A stretch of 63,877 bases of DNA, filler included, from Welwitschia mirabilis (taxonomy: Eukaryota): NCBI GenBank assembly GCA_051453625.1. It is 6 parts of one record of this genome, joined end to end, with 100 filler letters (N's around TTAATTAATTAA, not from the genome) between each part and the next. Parts side by side here need not be neighbours in the genome. Positions count along the whole stretch, not along the records: positions 42,933 to 60,821 come from JBOZIK010000001.1; positions 60,922 to 62,602 come from JBOZIK010000001.1; 4 more parts are not named here. One strand, written 5' to 3'. Shown here piece after piece: positions 50,004-62,602 of this stretch (the stretch's first letter is position 1; each line of letters opens with the position of its first letter). The notes beneath the pieces were generated by a model. That model was not told the origin of the DNA, searched no databases, and saw only the letters and a program-made list of their open reading frames with translations. Made by a program: the position numbers and the translations under genes.

Positions 50004-53000
50004 ATGTTGCTTAGAGTTAGAGAGTTTTTGTTGCTTAGGTGAGAGTTTATATTTTAGTTCAAATGTTTGATCACAGTAGTACTATATTTTTAGTTATAAT
50101 ACCATAGGTTTTTCTTTTCACAATTTCTATTTTTGTATTCCAAAAGAAATACTTTATCATTTGCTTCATCATCTAGATGACATGTAGTGACGATGATCTT
50201 TATGCCTTGAGTTTTTTAGTTTTTTACTTTCTTAAAAATTTTTAGGATTTTTTTATATCCCATTTATCATCTAGATGAATTAGGGGGATGACAGTTAGTT
50301 TTTTGTGCTTTTTGTGTCTAGTATTTTGTATTTTTATTTTTTGTTTTTTTTTTTTTCTATGTTTCTATCATTCATACTATCATCTAGACGACCATAGCGA
50401 TGACACACACTGAACATCAAAACTGAGAATGCTAGGACATGGTAAAATCTGGTAAGAAAGAAAAATATTAGAGAGAGCATTTATTCATAGAGAAAAACAT
50501 TTGAGAAATTTAATTGACTTCAAATATANNNNNNNNNNNNNNNNNNNNNNNNNNNNNNNNNNNNNNNNNNNNNNNNNNNNNNNNNNNNNNNNNNNNNNNN
50601 NNNNNNNNNNNNNNNNNNNNNNNNNNNNGTATTTTTATTTTTTGTTTTTTTTTTTTTTCTATGTTTCTATCATTCATACTATCATCTAGATTACCATAGC
50701 AATGACACACACTGAACATCAAAACTGAGGATGCTAGGACATCGTAAAATCTGGTAAGAAAGAAAAATATTAGAGAGAGTATTTATTGATAGAGAAAAAC
50801 ATCTGAGAAATTTAATTGACTTCAAATATAACTTAGGTATGCATACCAAGGTACACGAATTTCTAAAATTTTGGAAATTTCCACATTTATTTCTTTAGAA
50901 TTTTATTTTGTAAAAGAAAATTCTTTAGAGTATTATTTTAATAATAGTTTAGAAGAAAATTAATTTTTAAATATATCTAGTTCATTGTAAAAGCAAAATG
51001 AAGTCGCTTCGCCTAATTCACTTATTGTTATTGGAACTCCTATGACTACATGTGTAAACCTTAATGCTAATGTCATCCTTAGAGAACTGATTGCTAATAA
51101 AAAATGTGAAATTTAAATCCCTTTTGATTTACCTCTTAGTAACGATGTCGAACTTTGAAACTTAAATGCTTATCCCATTTTTAGTTGTAAACATGATGAA
51201 GATTCTTTATAATACATTGCCAACATCAAACAGTTAGTACTCACTTTAAGTGATAGAACTTGCATGATCATTTTTTATCACTTTAAAAGATAAAGCTAAA
51301 ATTTGGTTAAGAACAATTCCACATAAGAGTCTAAAATAATGGAGTCAAGTTCAAGAAGCTTTCATTAAGAGATTCATGAGTGAAGCTATCATTAAAAAAT
51401 GTAAGAAAGAAGTAATTAGCTTTCAATAATAGCCTAATAAAGATTATGCCTCTACTATAAGAGATTTTTTATTACTTTACATTTCAACCCTATAGATGCT
51501 TTTTCTCAAGAAGAATTGGTAGACTACTTTTACAGTGGATTCAACAGTAAAACTAAGTAACTTATCATATTTTCATGCAGAGGAAATTTGATGAACCTCA
51601 CTTTAAAAAATTATTGAAGAGTATTGGAAGAGTTATTGAAAGTGAGTCAAACTTGATATAAACCTCACCTAAAAAAAATTGAAGAGTAGTTCAAATCATT
51701 AAAGATCTTAACCAAGTTAAGTAAAAAAAAGAAGAAACAAAAACTGGGAAAAAACCAAGTAATGTCATTAAAGATTTCATCTCAACTTTAGAAAAATACA
51801 CTTAAATAATTTTAAATTTAAAGGTGACAATAGAGAAGAGCATAGTAGTAGCTCCAACTTGTGAGTTATACGAATACAACTATCATATAATGAAATAATG
51901 TCCTTTATTACCAACATACAAAAAAAGAATTTATGAAGAAGTGTGTTCTTTTAACTAAAGATCTTTAAACTTTAACCAAAATCAAAATCAAAGCTAAAGT
52001 TAAATCCAAAATCAAAAAAATTTTCAACTTAGAATGAATGGAAAATCCAATTTAAAAAATTTTAAAATAAATCATCTTAATTTCCAACCATTTAGAAAAA
52101 GATTTAAGAATGCAAATTTCTAATCAAATAACTCAAACAATCAAGCAAGCTCATCTAGCTCACAAAACCAAGGTGATCCACTTAGCAACTCCATTAATTA
52201 TTTGATAAAAACATAAGAAAGAACAAATTACAACATTTAAAATATTTTGAGTATTTTGCAATCATGATTACTAACCAAAGATTATAAGGGTCACTTGTCA
52301 CACAACCTCTATCAAATCCAAATAAAGTTAAAAAAAATTGTAAGATTGTGGCAAGAAGTGAAAATGAGATAACAAATTCTACCTATGAGGCTTTAATATC
52401 TCAAAGTAATAAAAATGATAAAGAAGAGGATATAGAAATTTTAGAAAATCATTCTTTCCCTTCTTCTTTAAATAACAAAAGAAAAATTCTTCTTATAAGA
52501 AACCTGCTACCCCTTAGCTTGATAGATTTAACACAAATCCTACCTTTAATGAACATTTTTAAGCCTTAATGCAAAATTTGAGTATCAATTTATCATTTTG
52601 AAAACTTTTGTGAGAGAACCCTAAGTATTCTAAGTTGTGGAAAGACCTGATTAGGAATAAATAAAAATAAAAAATCCCTAGTAAAGTCTTCATGGTTTAA
52701 TCCATTAACAACTTAATTTTATGGAATGTCCAAAGTTTAAAGATCTAGGAGTAATAATTGTTAGTGTCATTTTAGAAGAAAATAAAAGAATAAAGAAATC
52801 CTTGATTGATATTGGATCTAGTTTCAAGATTATTTCCTTACACATTTATCAATGACTTAGGTTGAAAAGTAGAATAGAGCCTATAAGGATTGTATTAGAA
52901 TTAGTAGATACATTGGTTAAGAAACCTTTAGGCGTGATTAAGGATTTAGTCATTTAAATTGAAGAAGCGTTCAACCTAATTGATGTGGTTCTGATAGAAG

Positions 53001-53623
53001 TTGAACATAATGGCAGTTACCCTTTACTTATAAGTAAAGATTTTTGTGCAACAATCCAGTATATTATAGATGCTCGAATAGGATTGATGAAGTATGATTT
53101 AGAAAATAAGAAGCTTTCAATAAGAGTGTGTTACTGCTAAAAAAGATTTAGGTGACAATTTAAGTGTGGAAGAAGAAATAAAGCCAAATTTATTTTTATA
53201 GCACTATCTACTTGAAGAAAGATGATTAATGCTTCCCTAGCCAACTTTATTTGATGGTCAACTTAAAGTAGACAACTTAAATGTTTTTGATAAAGATCAA
53301 CTTTATTTTGATAACTTAGAATTTGATTATTTTGATCTGGAAAGTAGAAATACCGATTTTGTTAACTATGTAAAAGTTTAAGATCTAAGAAAAACTAATA
53401 TTTCTTATTTTTAGGGTGGTCTTTTACTACTGACATTCAGATGATAGTCTAAGACGACCATGACTTTTCCTAAAAATTTAATTGAAAATAAAAATATGAA
53501 TTTGAAATCTTTACCTAGTGAACTAAAATACATTTTTCTATGTAATGATCTAAACAAATCTTTAATAATTAATGAAAACATATATCCTTAACAAGAATTG
53601 AGCTTAATGTCTCTTTCCCAACA
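49983..53623 (+). mobile_element. Athila-like family copy C: 5' UTR, gag, protease; truncated just before RT
   Basis: gag KCEI*IPFDLPLSNDVEL*NLNAYPIFS aligns to copy A KCEIQNTFDLPLGDNVELRNLSAYPTFS; PR KSLIDIGSSFKIISL; LKSLPSELKYIFL (pre-RT linker) at ~53500. Confidence 0.9.
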
Positions 53624-54252
53624 CCAAGGAAAATGTCTCTCTATAACTATAAGGATGGATCTCTGACCCTTCGATCTCCTGTCATGAGAACGTTTGGTGC
53701 AAGTGAAGATAAGGTGGAGCTTAGGGCAGAATTGATTCTTATTGATACAAACACATAACAATAAAACAAATAGATAGGAATGGATACAACCCTAATGGCC
53801 ATGCAAAAAAACATATAAACAAATGACAAGAATTAGGTAAATGTTCAATGGCACGTTATAACAAGTGTTGTCTGGCTAGTCATCCAGATGATATAAGGGA
53901 TGATGCCACCTCATAAATAATCCATGTCACTGCTAGATTCATTACAATTAGCGTCCTTGTTGGACTTAACTATTCTATCATCCATACTATCATCTAGATG
54001 ATGAGGTGGATGATGGGATTCTATAAGTATTCATCTAATGCATTTAGCCTCAATGTTTGCAGCAAATCTATCTCAGAAATAAGAAGTATTAAGAACTACT
54101 CTAAATGCTATAAAATGTCATGGAGATTGTGTGTTTTTATATCTTTCATCTTAACTCTCCATTATTGGGGAATTTAAACATATACTTATCTAATATCTTA
54201 TAAAACTACTCATAAAAACCCTATCAAATATATATAACTTAGTAGCGCAACA
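53624..54252 (-). repeat. Partial LTR of the same family, inverted
   Basis: Reverse complement starts tgttgcgctactaa at 54252 and aligns to 48138-48760 (e.g. ttctcatgaca.gagatcgaagg.t.a.agatccatcctt). Confidence 0.85.
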
Positions 54253-54259
54253 GCAATAT

Positions 54260-54620
54260 ACCCCTAATACAGGTGATAGGTAGTATGTGAAATGAATGCA
54301 TGCTTATAAATAACCCCTACTTTCTTGAAGCATCTCAAAATGGTGAAACATAATCCTTTAATACTAAGGACTCGAGATAATAATTCAAAGTAAGTCCATG
54401 CATGGGAAGGATAGGAAAGTAATGATTAATCCACTCTCAGAAGGGTTTATAAATAAAATTTCATTGCAACCCATCAAGCATGGGGATGAATAATTATTGA
54501 GATTATCTTGATCTAGTTGAATGAATACACTATACAAATACAAGCATATAATTATGTGGATATTTAGTGGATTGTTTACCTTATAAAAATAATTCTGATC
54601 ATCATTGGGTTTATTTTAAG
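54260..54620 (+). repeat. Dispersed repeat homologous to 42280-42670
   Basis: Colinear similarity with 42280-42670; its left end abuts the LTR terminus at 54252. Confidence 0.75.
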
Positions 54621-56342
54621 AAAAGAATTAAATAGGAAAAAAATAGCAGATATAATAACCTTTTTAATTTTATATATAATGAAAATCATGCATTTTCAAA
54701 GCATAATAGTAAAAATAAACGAAAAAAATCCCTTTATTTTTTTTATTTTAGCAATTCTTTTCAAATAAGGCACATTAATACATCCAAATTTTTATTGTAG
54801 GAACATGCTCCATTTATGGGATTGAGCCAACTTTTAAATCACCTTTATAAATTCTAAATATTTCTAGTAAAATAAACTTAAGTAAAACATATTATTTTTA
54901 TCAAAATAAAACATTAATAAAGCTAAGATATTGGGCTACACATCTTTAGAACTATTAAGTAGATAGCCCTAATGTTTATGCTTGAAATGCAAGAATAAGG
55001 GGTTAAAATATCAATAAATAGTATATGAAAATAATAAGAAACAAATTTAAGTTAACTAAAAATCATATATATTATTTAAAATAATTTTTTACTTACATTA
55101 GATAATTTTCTATAATTATTAAAATTAATTATAAATTTTCTTAGCTTTTAAGAGGCATTGACACTAAAAATTTCTAATTAATTATTTAAAAGTTTAAAAA
55201 TAAATTAGACTTGCTTTTCTTAAGCTAGATTCATAATAATATCTCTAAAAATTAAGTATATTAAATATGAATTAGTATAGACACATTTCATAGGGTTAAA
55301 CTTTGACTATAAAGACTATCTACATTTTAGAGTTACTAAAATAATACCTTTACTAATATGGCTATAACTCTTAAGCTACTTTAGTTTTTTAAATGAGTAA
55401 ATACTCTTTAGAAAGCTTATTTAATTATATATAGGTTGGACTATTTAGTTTTAACTATAAGATTTTATAAATTATGAAGACTGAGAGACCTTTTAATTAC
55501 TATTTTCTACTGTAATTTTTGAGTTATTTTCATAAAATAAATTTAAAAAATTATTCTATTCTCAAAAAAATTACCCTTTTAAAACTTTTAAATTTCTAAC
55601 ATTATTTTAAACTTATGTAAATTTTACTTATTTTTGAATGATTTATGGCTTTCTTAAGTTATGCTTCACTTCTGGGAAAAAGTAAACTTTAACTAAGCTA
55701 AGAATAAGAGAATTCATACTAATTTATAGGAATAAAAATTAATTAAACTAACCAAAAATTTATAATAAAATTTAATATTCAAAGTATAAAAAACATAACT
55801 ATAAGTGATATAAACTCAACTTACAATAATTAATAGAGTATTAAATACTATAAGCCTTAAGATTTTCTTAAGAAGGAGTGCCTAACCTAAATAGATTCTT
55901 GAGGATCAGACTCATTAGCCCTAATAAAACTCTAATGCCAATCTATGTAAAATGTATTTTAATAATAAGATAATGTAAAACAACATGGTTATCCAAAATT
56001 ATAGTGAACAACTTGGTCACTTAACTAAAATATCCATTATACACATAGAAGCTACGCATGTTATGAGGTCCCTTCACTCTTTCACTTCTTTTAGTCTATG
56101 CTAATGGGAGGGAAAAATTATTCAATAGTAGTCCTATCAACTAAGTATGTAAGGATATCCCTTGAATCTCTCCCTTATCTTAGTATCAGCCAATGCGAGA
56201 GAAAATACCAATACTATGTTGATATAACAACCATACACATAGGCCTAATGCATGAAATATTAGCATGGAGTTAAAATTCTTACAAAAGAAGAACCTACTT
56301 GGAGGGCAAAAGATTTATAATCTTTAAAGAATATTGGTGAAG

Positions 56343-56421
56343 TCCTAAGCTCCAAGATTCTAGCTCTAAGTTTTCAACCTCCAAGCTTCAAGCCCTAAGC
56401 TCCAAGATCCAAGCTCCAACT
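56343..56421. repeat. Degenerate 7-bp tandem repeat (CTCCAAG-like)
   Basis: cctaagctccaagattctagctctaag...ctccaagcttcaagccctaagctccaagatccaagctccaac. Confidence 0.75.
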
Positions 56422-56602
56422 CCACACTTAAAAAGATGAAAGGTTGAGAAGAAGTTTTGGTAGCATAAATTTTCTTAAAGAAGCTTAAGAAGAATAAGAG
56501 GGCTTTATTTATAGATAAATAATATACAAAATGTGCTTGATATAATTAGCTAAAGACCACTCACATCATTTTATCCATAAGGTAAAGAAATCTATTTTAC
56601 TT

Positions 56603-56775
56603 TATAAGATTAATCAATGATAAGTTAGATGGACTTTGTATAAAAATGATAAGGATATATAAATGACAAGGATAAGATTAATCAATAACAAGTTGGATAA
56701 GCTTATGTAGAAGTGACACTGATAAGATTGATTAATGAGAAGTTGTAAGAGCTTGTGTAAGAAGTGAAAGTAATG
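56603..56775. repeat. Three degenerate ~50-bp repeats (ataagattaatcaatga.aagtt...)
   Basis: Copies begin near 56604, 56672 and 56722. Confidence 0.65.
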
Positions 56776-57114
56776 TATGAATAACAAAAGGAATCTTATT
56801 TATAACTGATGCACCTAATTTGTGTGAATAATTTTCTTTCTTTAATTAATATGATTAATTACATACATCATTTTCTCATCTAGTTTTTTCTTAATCCTTT
56901 GTAGGCTCATAATCAATCCAAAACATATTTAAAATGCATTAAAAAATAAATGTACCAATTTCAAAATTGTCATGTGATACAACAAGAAAAATAATATTTT
57001 ATGCTTAAAGTACTTTTACAAATATCGATAAGGATAAAAGTCATAGTTGAATAAATTCTATTCATTTTCTTACATTTAATTATAACATTACTTTTTTATG
57101 ATTTATGTCATTGA

Positions 57115-57492
57115 TGTAAGGGACACTTTTGTAAACCTTTTATTTTTATTTTACATCTTTATATAAATTTTTTAATTTAACTATTTAACCATGTATATAC
57201 ATGTCTTATCATAAATACGTTTATTTAGTACTAAAATTGTTATAATAATAAAATTACCCAACACTAAGATTAATTAATTAAGTAACCTTATGAGTAACTA
57301 TAGTTTAAAATATATCTTTGACATACTAAATATAATACCTTATTAATTGTAAGGTTACACATTGATTCTCATTAAAGGGAAAAAAGGATTTTCATTAAAA
57401 TTTGATATCAAAATGTATTACATAATTTAGAGACTCTTGTAATTATGTTATTAAGATTACTCATTAGAGTTTACAAAATGTGGGATATAACA
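57115..57492 (-). repeat. 378-bp chromovirus LTR
   Basis: tgtaagg...gggatataaca beside the PPT; homologous copy at ~58716-59135. Confidence 0.85.
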
Positions 57493-58525
57493 TAATCCCC
57501 TACTTAAAAAGGATTCACTTATAGGAATCAAAGTACATAATGATTTGAGAGTCTGAGATCACATATTATGGGATTCAAAATGGCTAGGGTATTGATTTTT
57601 CATTGATTCTCCTACCTGCTAAGTAGCTTCATCAAGACTATGATTACTCCATTTTATCTTTACTTAATGGATCTTATTGTTTTGTAAAGTGATAGTTCAT
57701 CGGTCCAACACTACAACTTGTTCCTCTATAGTTAAACAGCCACGTTCCAATTGAAGATGAGACAAATTTAATAAATGAGAAGGATCTGTAATATACTTTC
57801 TTAGCATATTCACATGAAAAAAATTATGCATGTGTAACAATTGGGGAGGTAAAGCAAGTTTGTATGTAATAGGTTTAACACTTCTAATATTTTAAATGGT
57901 CCAATAAATCTAGGGGCTAGTTTTGATCTCTTGACTCTTTACATAACTTATTTCATTAGTGATACCTTGAGGAAGACATGATTACCTACTTGGAATTGAA
58001 AGTCTCTTATTCGATGATCTGCATACATCTTTTACCTATTTACTATTTCCTTTAATTTAGTTTTGATGGTTTTCATCTTATTTTTCATTCTTTAATATTT
58101 TTGGTCTTATTATCAATCTTTTCTTAGGTTCTGTTCATGTAATGGGTGCTCTGCATTTCTTACCATATAGAGTTTCAATGGAGCCATTTGAATGGAACTT
58201 TGATAACTATCATTATAGGCAAATTTAACTAATGATAATAATTCTTTCCAACTATTAGGTTTATTAAGAATACATGCTCTAAGAAGATCCTCTAGGATTT
58301 AATTACCTCTTTCTATCAAACCATCTGTTTGACGATGAAATGCTATGCTCATTTTTAGCTTAGTTCTTAAACCCAATTGTAGTTCTTACCAAAATTTAAA
58401 ATGGATTTTAAATCCCTGTTAGAAATAACTACTAAGGATATATCATGTAAACGTATAATATTCTGAATGTATACTTTAGCTATGTCCTTATCACTATAAA
58501 TAGACTTTACTAGAATGAAATATGC
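57115..58525 (-). mobile_element. Tekay/Del chromovirus 3' end: integrase with chromodomain, PPT and 3' LTR
   Basis: YIQNIIRLHDISLVVISNRD; IAFHRQTDGL; GPFKIL..ITYKLALPPQLLHMHNFFHVNMLRKYITDPSH; chromodomain VKIKWSNHSLDEAT*..ESMKNQYPSHF; PPT ttaagtagggga at ~57496-57507; LTR 57115-57492 (TG...CA). Confidence 0.92.
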
Positions 58526-58632
58526 NNNNNNNNNNNNNNNNNNNNNNNNNNNNNNNNNNNNNNNNNNNNNNNNNNNNNNNNNNNNNNNNNNNNNNNNNNN
58601 NNNNNNNNNNNNNNNNNNNNNNNNNTTTTTAT

Positions 58633-58633
<1 letters not shown>

Positions 58634-58702
<69 letters not shown>
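58634..58702. repeat. (CT)n microsatellite
   Basis: Uninterrupted TC/CT dinucleotide run of ~34 units. Confidence 0.98.
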
Positions 58703-58704
<2 letters not shown>

Positions 58705-58715
58705 TTTTAGATTTG

Positions 58716-59135
58716 AGTAAGGCACATGAATAAAATAAAGATATCACATACCATTTTTGTAGGCCTTTTATTTTTATTTTACACCTTTATGTGAATTTCA
58801 ATTTAACTATTTAACCATGTAAATGACTTCTCTAATCATAGGTAGGTTTATTTAGTATTAAAATTTTTATAATTATAATTATTTAAAATAATAAAATTAC
58901 CCAAGAATAAGATTAATTAATTAAGTGACTTTATGAATATCTATGAATTAAAATATATGTTTGGCATAAGAAGTATAATATGTTACTAATTGTAAGGCTA
59001 CACAAGGATTCTCATTAAAGGAGAAAAAGGATTTTCATGAAAATTTGATATCAAAATGTATTACATGATTTAGAGACTCTCATAATTATGCCATTTTGTT
59101 TACTAATTAAAGATTATAAAATTTGGGATAGAACA
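58716..59135 (-). repeat. Second copy of the chromovirus LTR
   Basis: Colinear with 57115-57492 (e.g. gattctcattaaagg.aaaaaggattttcat.aaaatttgatatcaaaatgtattacat.atttagagactct); no adjacent PBS and no matching TSD seen. Confidence 0.85.
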
Positions 59136-59139
59136 GTTA

Positions 59140-60090
59140 CGAGGCTTTTTACTCCTCTAAAATTGCTTGTTTACAATGTTGATTTCTTCAACTTAGCAAA
59201 TTCCTCTATTTCGTAGCCATCTTTGCTAGTGAACATAGATGATCTACAACTTTTATCAGTGGTTTAATGATGTTTTTTAGGTGGAGCAATGGATGAAACT
59301 AGAAGTGAGTGAACACTAATAAAAATCTCAGGATTTTATTCAGACAAAAATCACTATGATCTTTGTTAGCAGCATTTCAAGTCCTTTGCTTTCTATGTTT
59401 GTAAAAACTTGAGCAAACTCTTTCTAAGATGAACTAATAGTGACCATAAAATGGTTGAAATAAAAAAATCCTCTATTTGACACACAACTTCATAGAAACA
59501 TGTATAGAGTTTACTTCGTTATTAAATTAAAGCAATATGTGTTGTTTTCAAAACATTGTCTAAGTTGTTCTATTCCAGGCCTCTCTATCTACAAGGTTTG
59601 AGTGTTAGCACTACCTCAGATGTCATGAGTAGCGTTACCTTTACTTTTACAGATGCTATTCGATGTTTCTTCAGTGGCTCCTTATGTTCTATTTTCATGT
59701 CATCTACTAATTATGGTGAAGCCAATGGAAGCCGCAACAAGTGAAAACATGGACAGTGCATGTTTTTGCAAATTCGATTGGAGACGAGAACCATTATAGC
59801 ACAACAAGAAGTGACACATGTTCAAGATTAAGGGTATGTAATTAAATAGAGAGCCTTAGGACTTGGATCTGATACCAATTGTGAGATTGCAGAGCATGAG
59901 GAGGATGGATCCAATAGATTAGCATGGAATTGCAGCTTACTATTCTCTATTAACAAAATATGAATTTGAAGAAATATAGACTATAAATAAACCCACAAAA
60001 CATGGATCATATCAGGCACAATAGCAAGTAATAGCTACCCCAAACTGATAGATGGTACATGGGCATTCCCACTATACCATATTAACTTAG
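59140..60090 (-). mobile_element. 5' end of an LTR retrotransposon (LTR, tRNA-Met PBS, decayed gag); superfamily undetermined
   Basis: gatctgatacca at 59866-59877 (TGGTATCAGATC on minus) followed by at-TG at 59880; weak gag-like IEEFAKLKKST at ~59180-59210. LTR outer end is approximate. Confidence 0.55.
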
Positions 60091-60821
60091 ACCTCAAAAA
60101 TAATAAAAGTTACAAATTTTTCATTTGGTTGTTTTTTTAAAAATTTACCAAGAACTTTGAGTAACTTTATAGATGAAATCTTTTAAGCTAATGCCCCATT
60201 TATTTTTACTAGCTAATAGATCTTTAGTGTCTATATAAATATCACTTGAAAATTTCAAATTTGACCTTGTTTATTTCTACAGTCTAATAGATCTTTAGTT
60301 TACATGAATATTACTTAAAAATTTTAATTTTCATGTTAACTTTGTTTACAAATTTTGACTTTCTTTTAAAAATATTTTTATATATACATAAAATAACTTA
60401 TTCCAGAGAAGCTTTATTTTCTTCCTATAAACAAGGGATTGAATCCAAACACATGGTGATATCTTTTTTTTTTTAATATTAAATATATAAAAGTGAGGCT
60501 AGAAACAAGAAGGAATCTTGGCGGTGGGTGGTAGCGCTGCAGTTTTTAAGGAAGATGACCAGTTTTTGACGAGTGCGTGATAGTGGTGTGGCAACCGGTT
60601 TTTTACGAGCACACGGTAGCGGTTTTTGAGGAAGGCGACCAGTGCTTGCACGCGGCAGGGTTCGTTGGGCTTTTGCATGTGTAAAATTAAAATGGATTCT
60701 TGCATATACTAAGAGGTTTAGTCTTCAGCAAAACCTTTGGTAGGCATTTTCAGATTATTCGGTGCATGCATGAAACTTTTCCATAAATCCTCTACATGCA
60801 ACGGCATCACCATTCTCCTAG

Positions 60822-60921
60822 NNNNNNNNNNNNNNNNNNNNNNNNNNNNNNNNNNNNNNNNNNNNTTAATTAATTAANNNNNNNNNNNNNNNNNNNNNNN
60901 NNNNNNNNNNNNNNNNNNNNN
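60822..60921. other. Artificial scaffold linker
   Basis: 44N-TTAATTAATTAA-44N. Confidence 0.95.
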
Positions 60922-61978
60922 AAAGTAGGAGTCTAAGGCAAAGGCATTAACCATACCTCCTACTACAAGTTATGATTCAAATAGAGTAGAGGATTTAGAT
61001 ACTTCAATGTCCACAGAGAAGAAGTTACACTTTCAGAGAGAGCACTAGGCTCCATGAAAGGCTCCATTACATGCTCTAACATAGGCTCAAGGAAAGCAAC
61101 AGATCACACATCCATCTTTACCACCTCATGTACTTTCATCATCTCATGTACATTTACCACTCATCTTCTATGATCACTACCATCTCTCAAATTTTTCATT
61201 CATGCATCACTTCTTAGAACTTCTCCACCCTTCGTATTTGATTTCATTAAGACTAACGTTGTCACCCTTCTTAGTACTTCCATCACCCCTTAAACATACT
61301 TGTGGATGAGGAGATATACCTCTTAAGGTCATGGTGAGATATTATAGTGGTCATAACAGAAATAACCTACCTCTCCACCTACATCATCTTCCTTGTATAC
61401 CATCCAGACCTCTGCCACTAAAGAGGATGATGATGAAAGTAATGATACTATGGATGGCACTCAGTATACTAGTGATTTAGCCCTCAATAACTAGTTTTTT
61501 CTTATGTCATTCCAAAAGTTAGAAAAGATGAACAAATCAAATTGGATCATATCAGACATCCTATATGAGTTTAAAGGACGTGAATTTGAGATGGTTAATT
61601 GGAATTTCTATGAGTGACATCATTGTTGATGATCACTTTTACATAATTTCACACATGTCATGATGTTTTAATGATCTTTTATTATTATCTATTAGTTGTT
61701 AGATTCCTTTTGTGTGTAGTATATGCACGGTGCTTTGACATGTATCTAACAATTTAATATATTAGCACTACTTTTTGTTCACTATCTGTTAATGATTATC
61801 AATGTGTTTTTTAAATCATTTTACTTTTTTAAAGTTTTAATATGCCTCATATAATATACTATGTCTCATTTTGGATTAAGTTATCTCAAGTAAAATTTAA
61901 ACATGACTTCACTACTAAGATTCGCTAAGTTTTGGATACCATAAAAAAGGAGGAGATTATTAGTAAAATCTCAGTTTT
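60922..61978 (+). mobile_element. 3' region of a copia (SIRE-like) element: decayed acidic ORF tail, PPT and LTR start
   Basis: ccataaaaaaggaggagat-tattag at 61939-61963 resembles catcaaaaagggggagat-TGTTG; upstream frame PPTSSSL..TKEDDDESNDT. Confidence 0.45.
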
Positions 61979-62602
61979 NNNNNNNNNNNNNNNNNNNNNN
62001 NNNNNNNNNNNNNNNNNNNNNNNNNNNNNNNNNNNNNNNNNNNNNNNNNNNNNNNNNNNNNNNNNNNNNNNNNNNNNNNNNNNNNNNNNNNNNNNNNNNN
62101 NNNNNNNNNNNNNNNNNNNNNNNNNNNNNNNNNNNNNNNNNNNNNNNNNNNNNNNNNNNNNNNNNNNNNNNNNNNNNNNNNNNNNNNNNNNNNNNNNNNN
62201 NNNNNNNNNNNNNNNNNNNNNNNNNNNNNNNNNNNNNNNNNNNNNNNNNNNNNNNNNNNNNNNNNNNNNNNNNNNNNNNNNNNNNNNNNNNNNNNNNNNN
62301 NNNNNNNNNNNNNNNNNNNNNNNNNNNNNNNNNNNNNNNNNNNNNNNNCTGTGCTTAATTGAAAGAGGTAATAGAGGTTAAATTGTGTCATGATGAATTA
62401 TATACATTTTAGGGATCAGGAAAGTTTTAGATGATAATTTGTAATATCCAAGGCTCAAAGATAAAATAGTTTAAGCCTTATTGAAGTCGAGACAATTTGA
62501 CCAAAGATTTCTTTTAGGATAAATACGTCTACCTGATAGAGACATCCATTGCATTAAAGATGCCTGTCTTGAAAAATTGACAAAGAATAAATTAGCCATT
62601 GA

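Noticed and set aside
50329..50830. ~200-bp duplication flanking a 100-N gap
   Set aside because: Near-identical and gap-adjacent; probable assembly artefact.
55865..55930. Minus-strand RANESDPQESI*VRH, reminiscent of a SIRE gag tail
   Set aside because: Too short and unsupported by flanking domains.
58367..58747. RE-repeat and SL-repeat ORFs
   Set aside because: Translation of the (CT)n microsatellite joined across a gap to integrase sequence.
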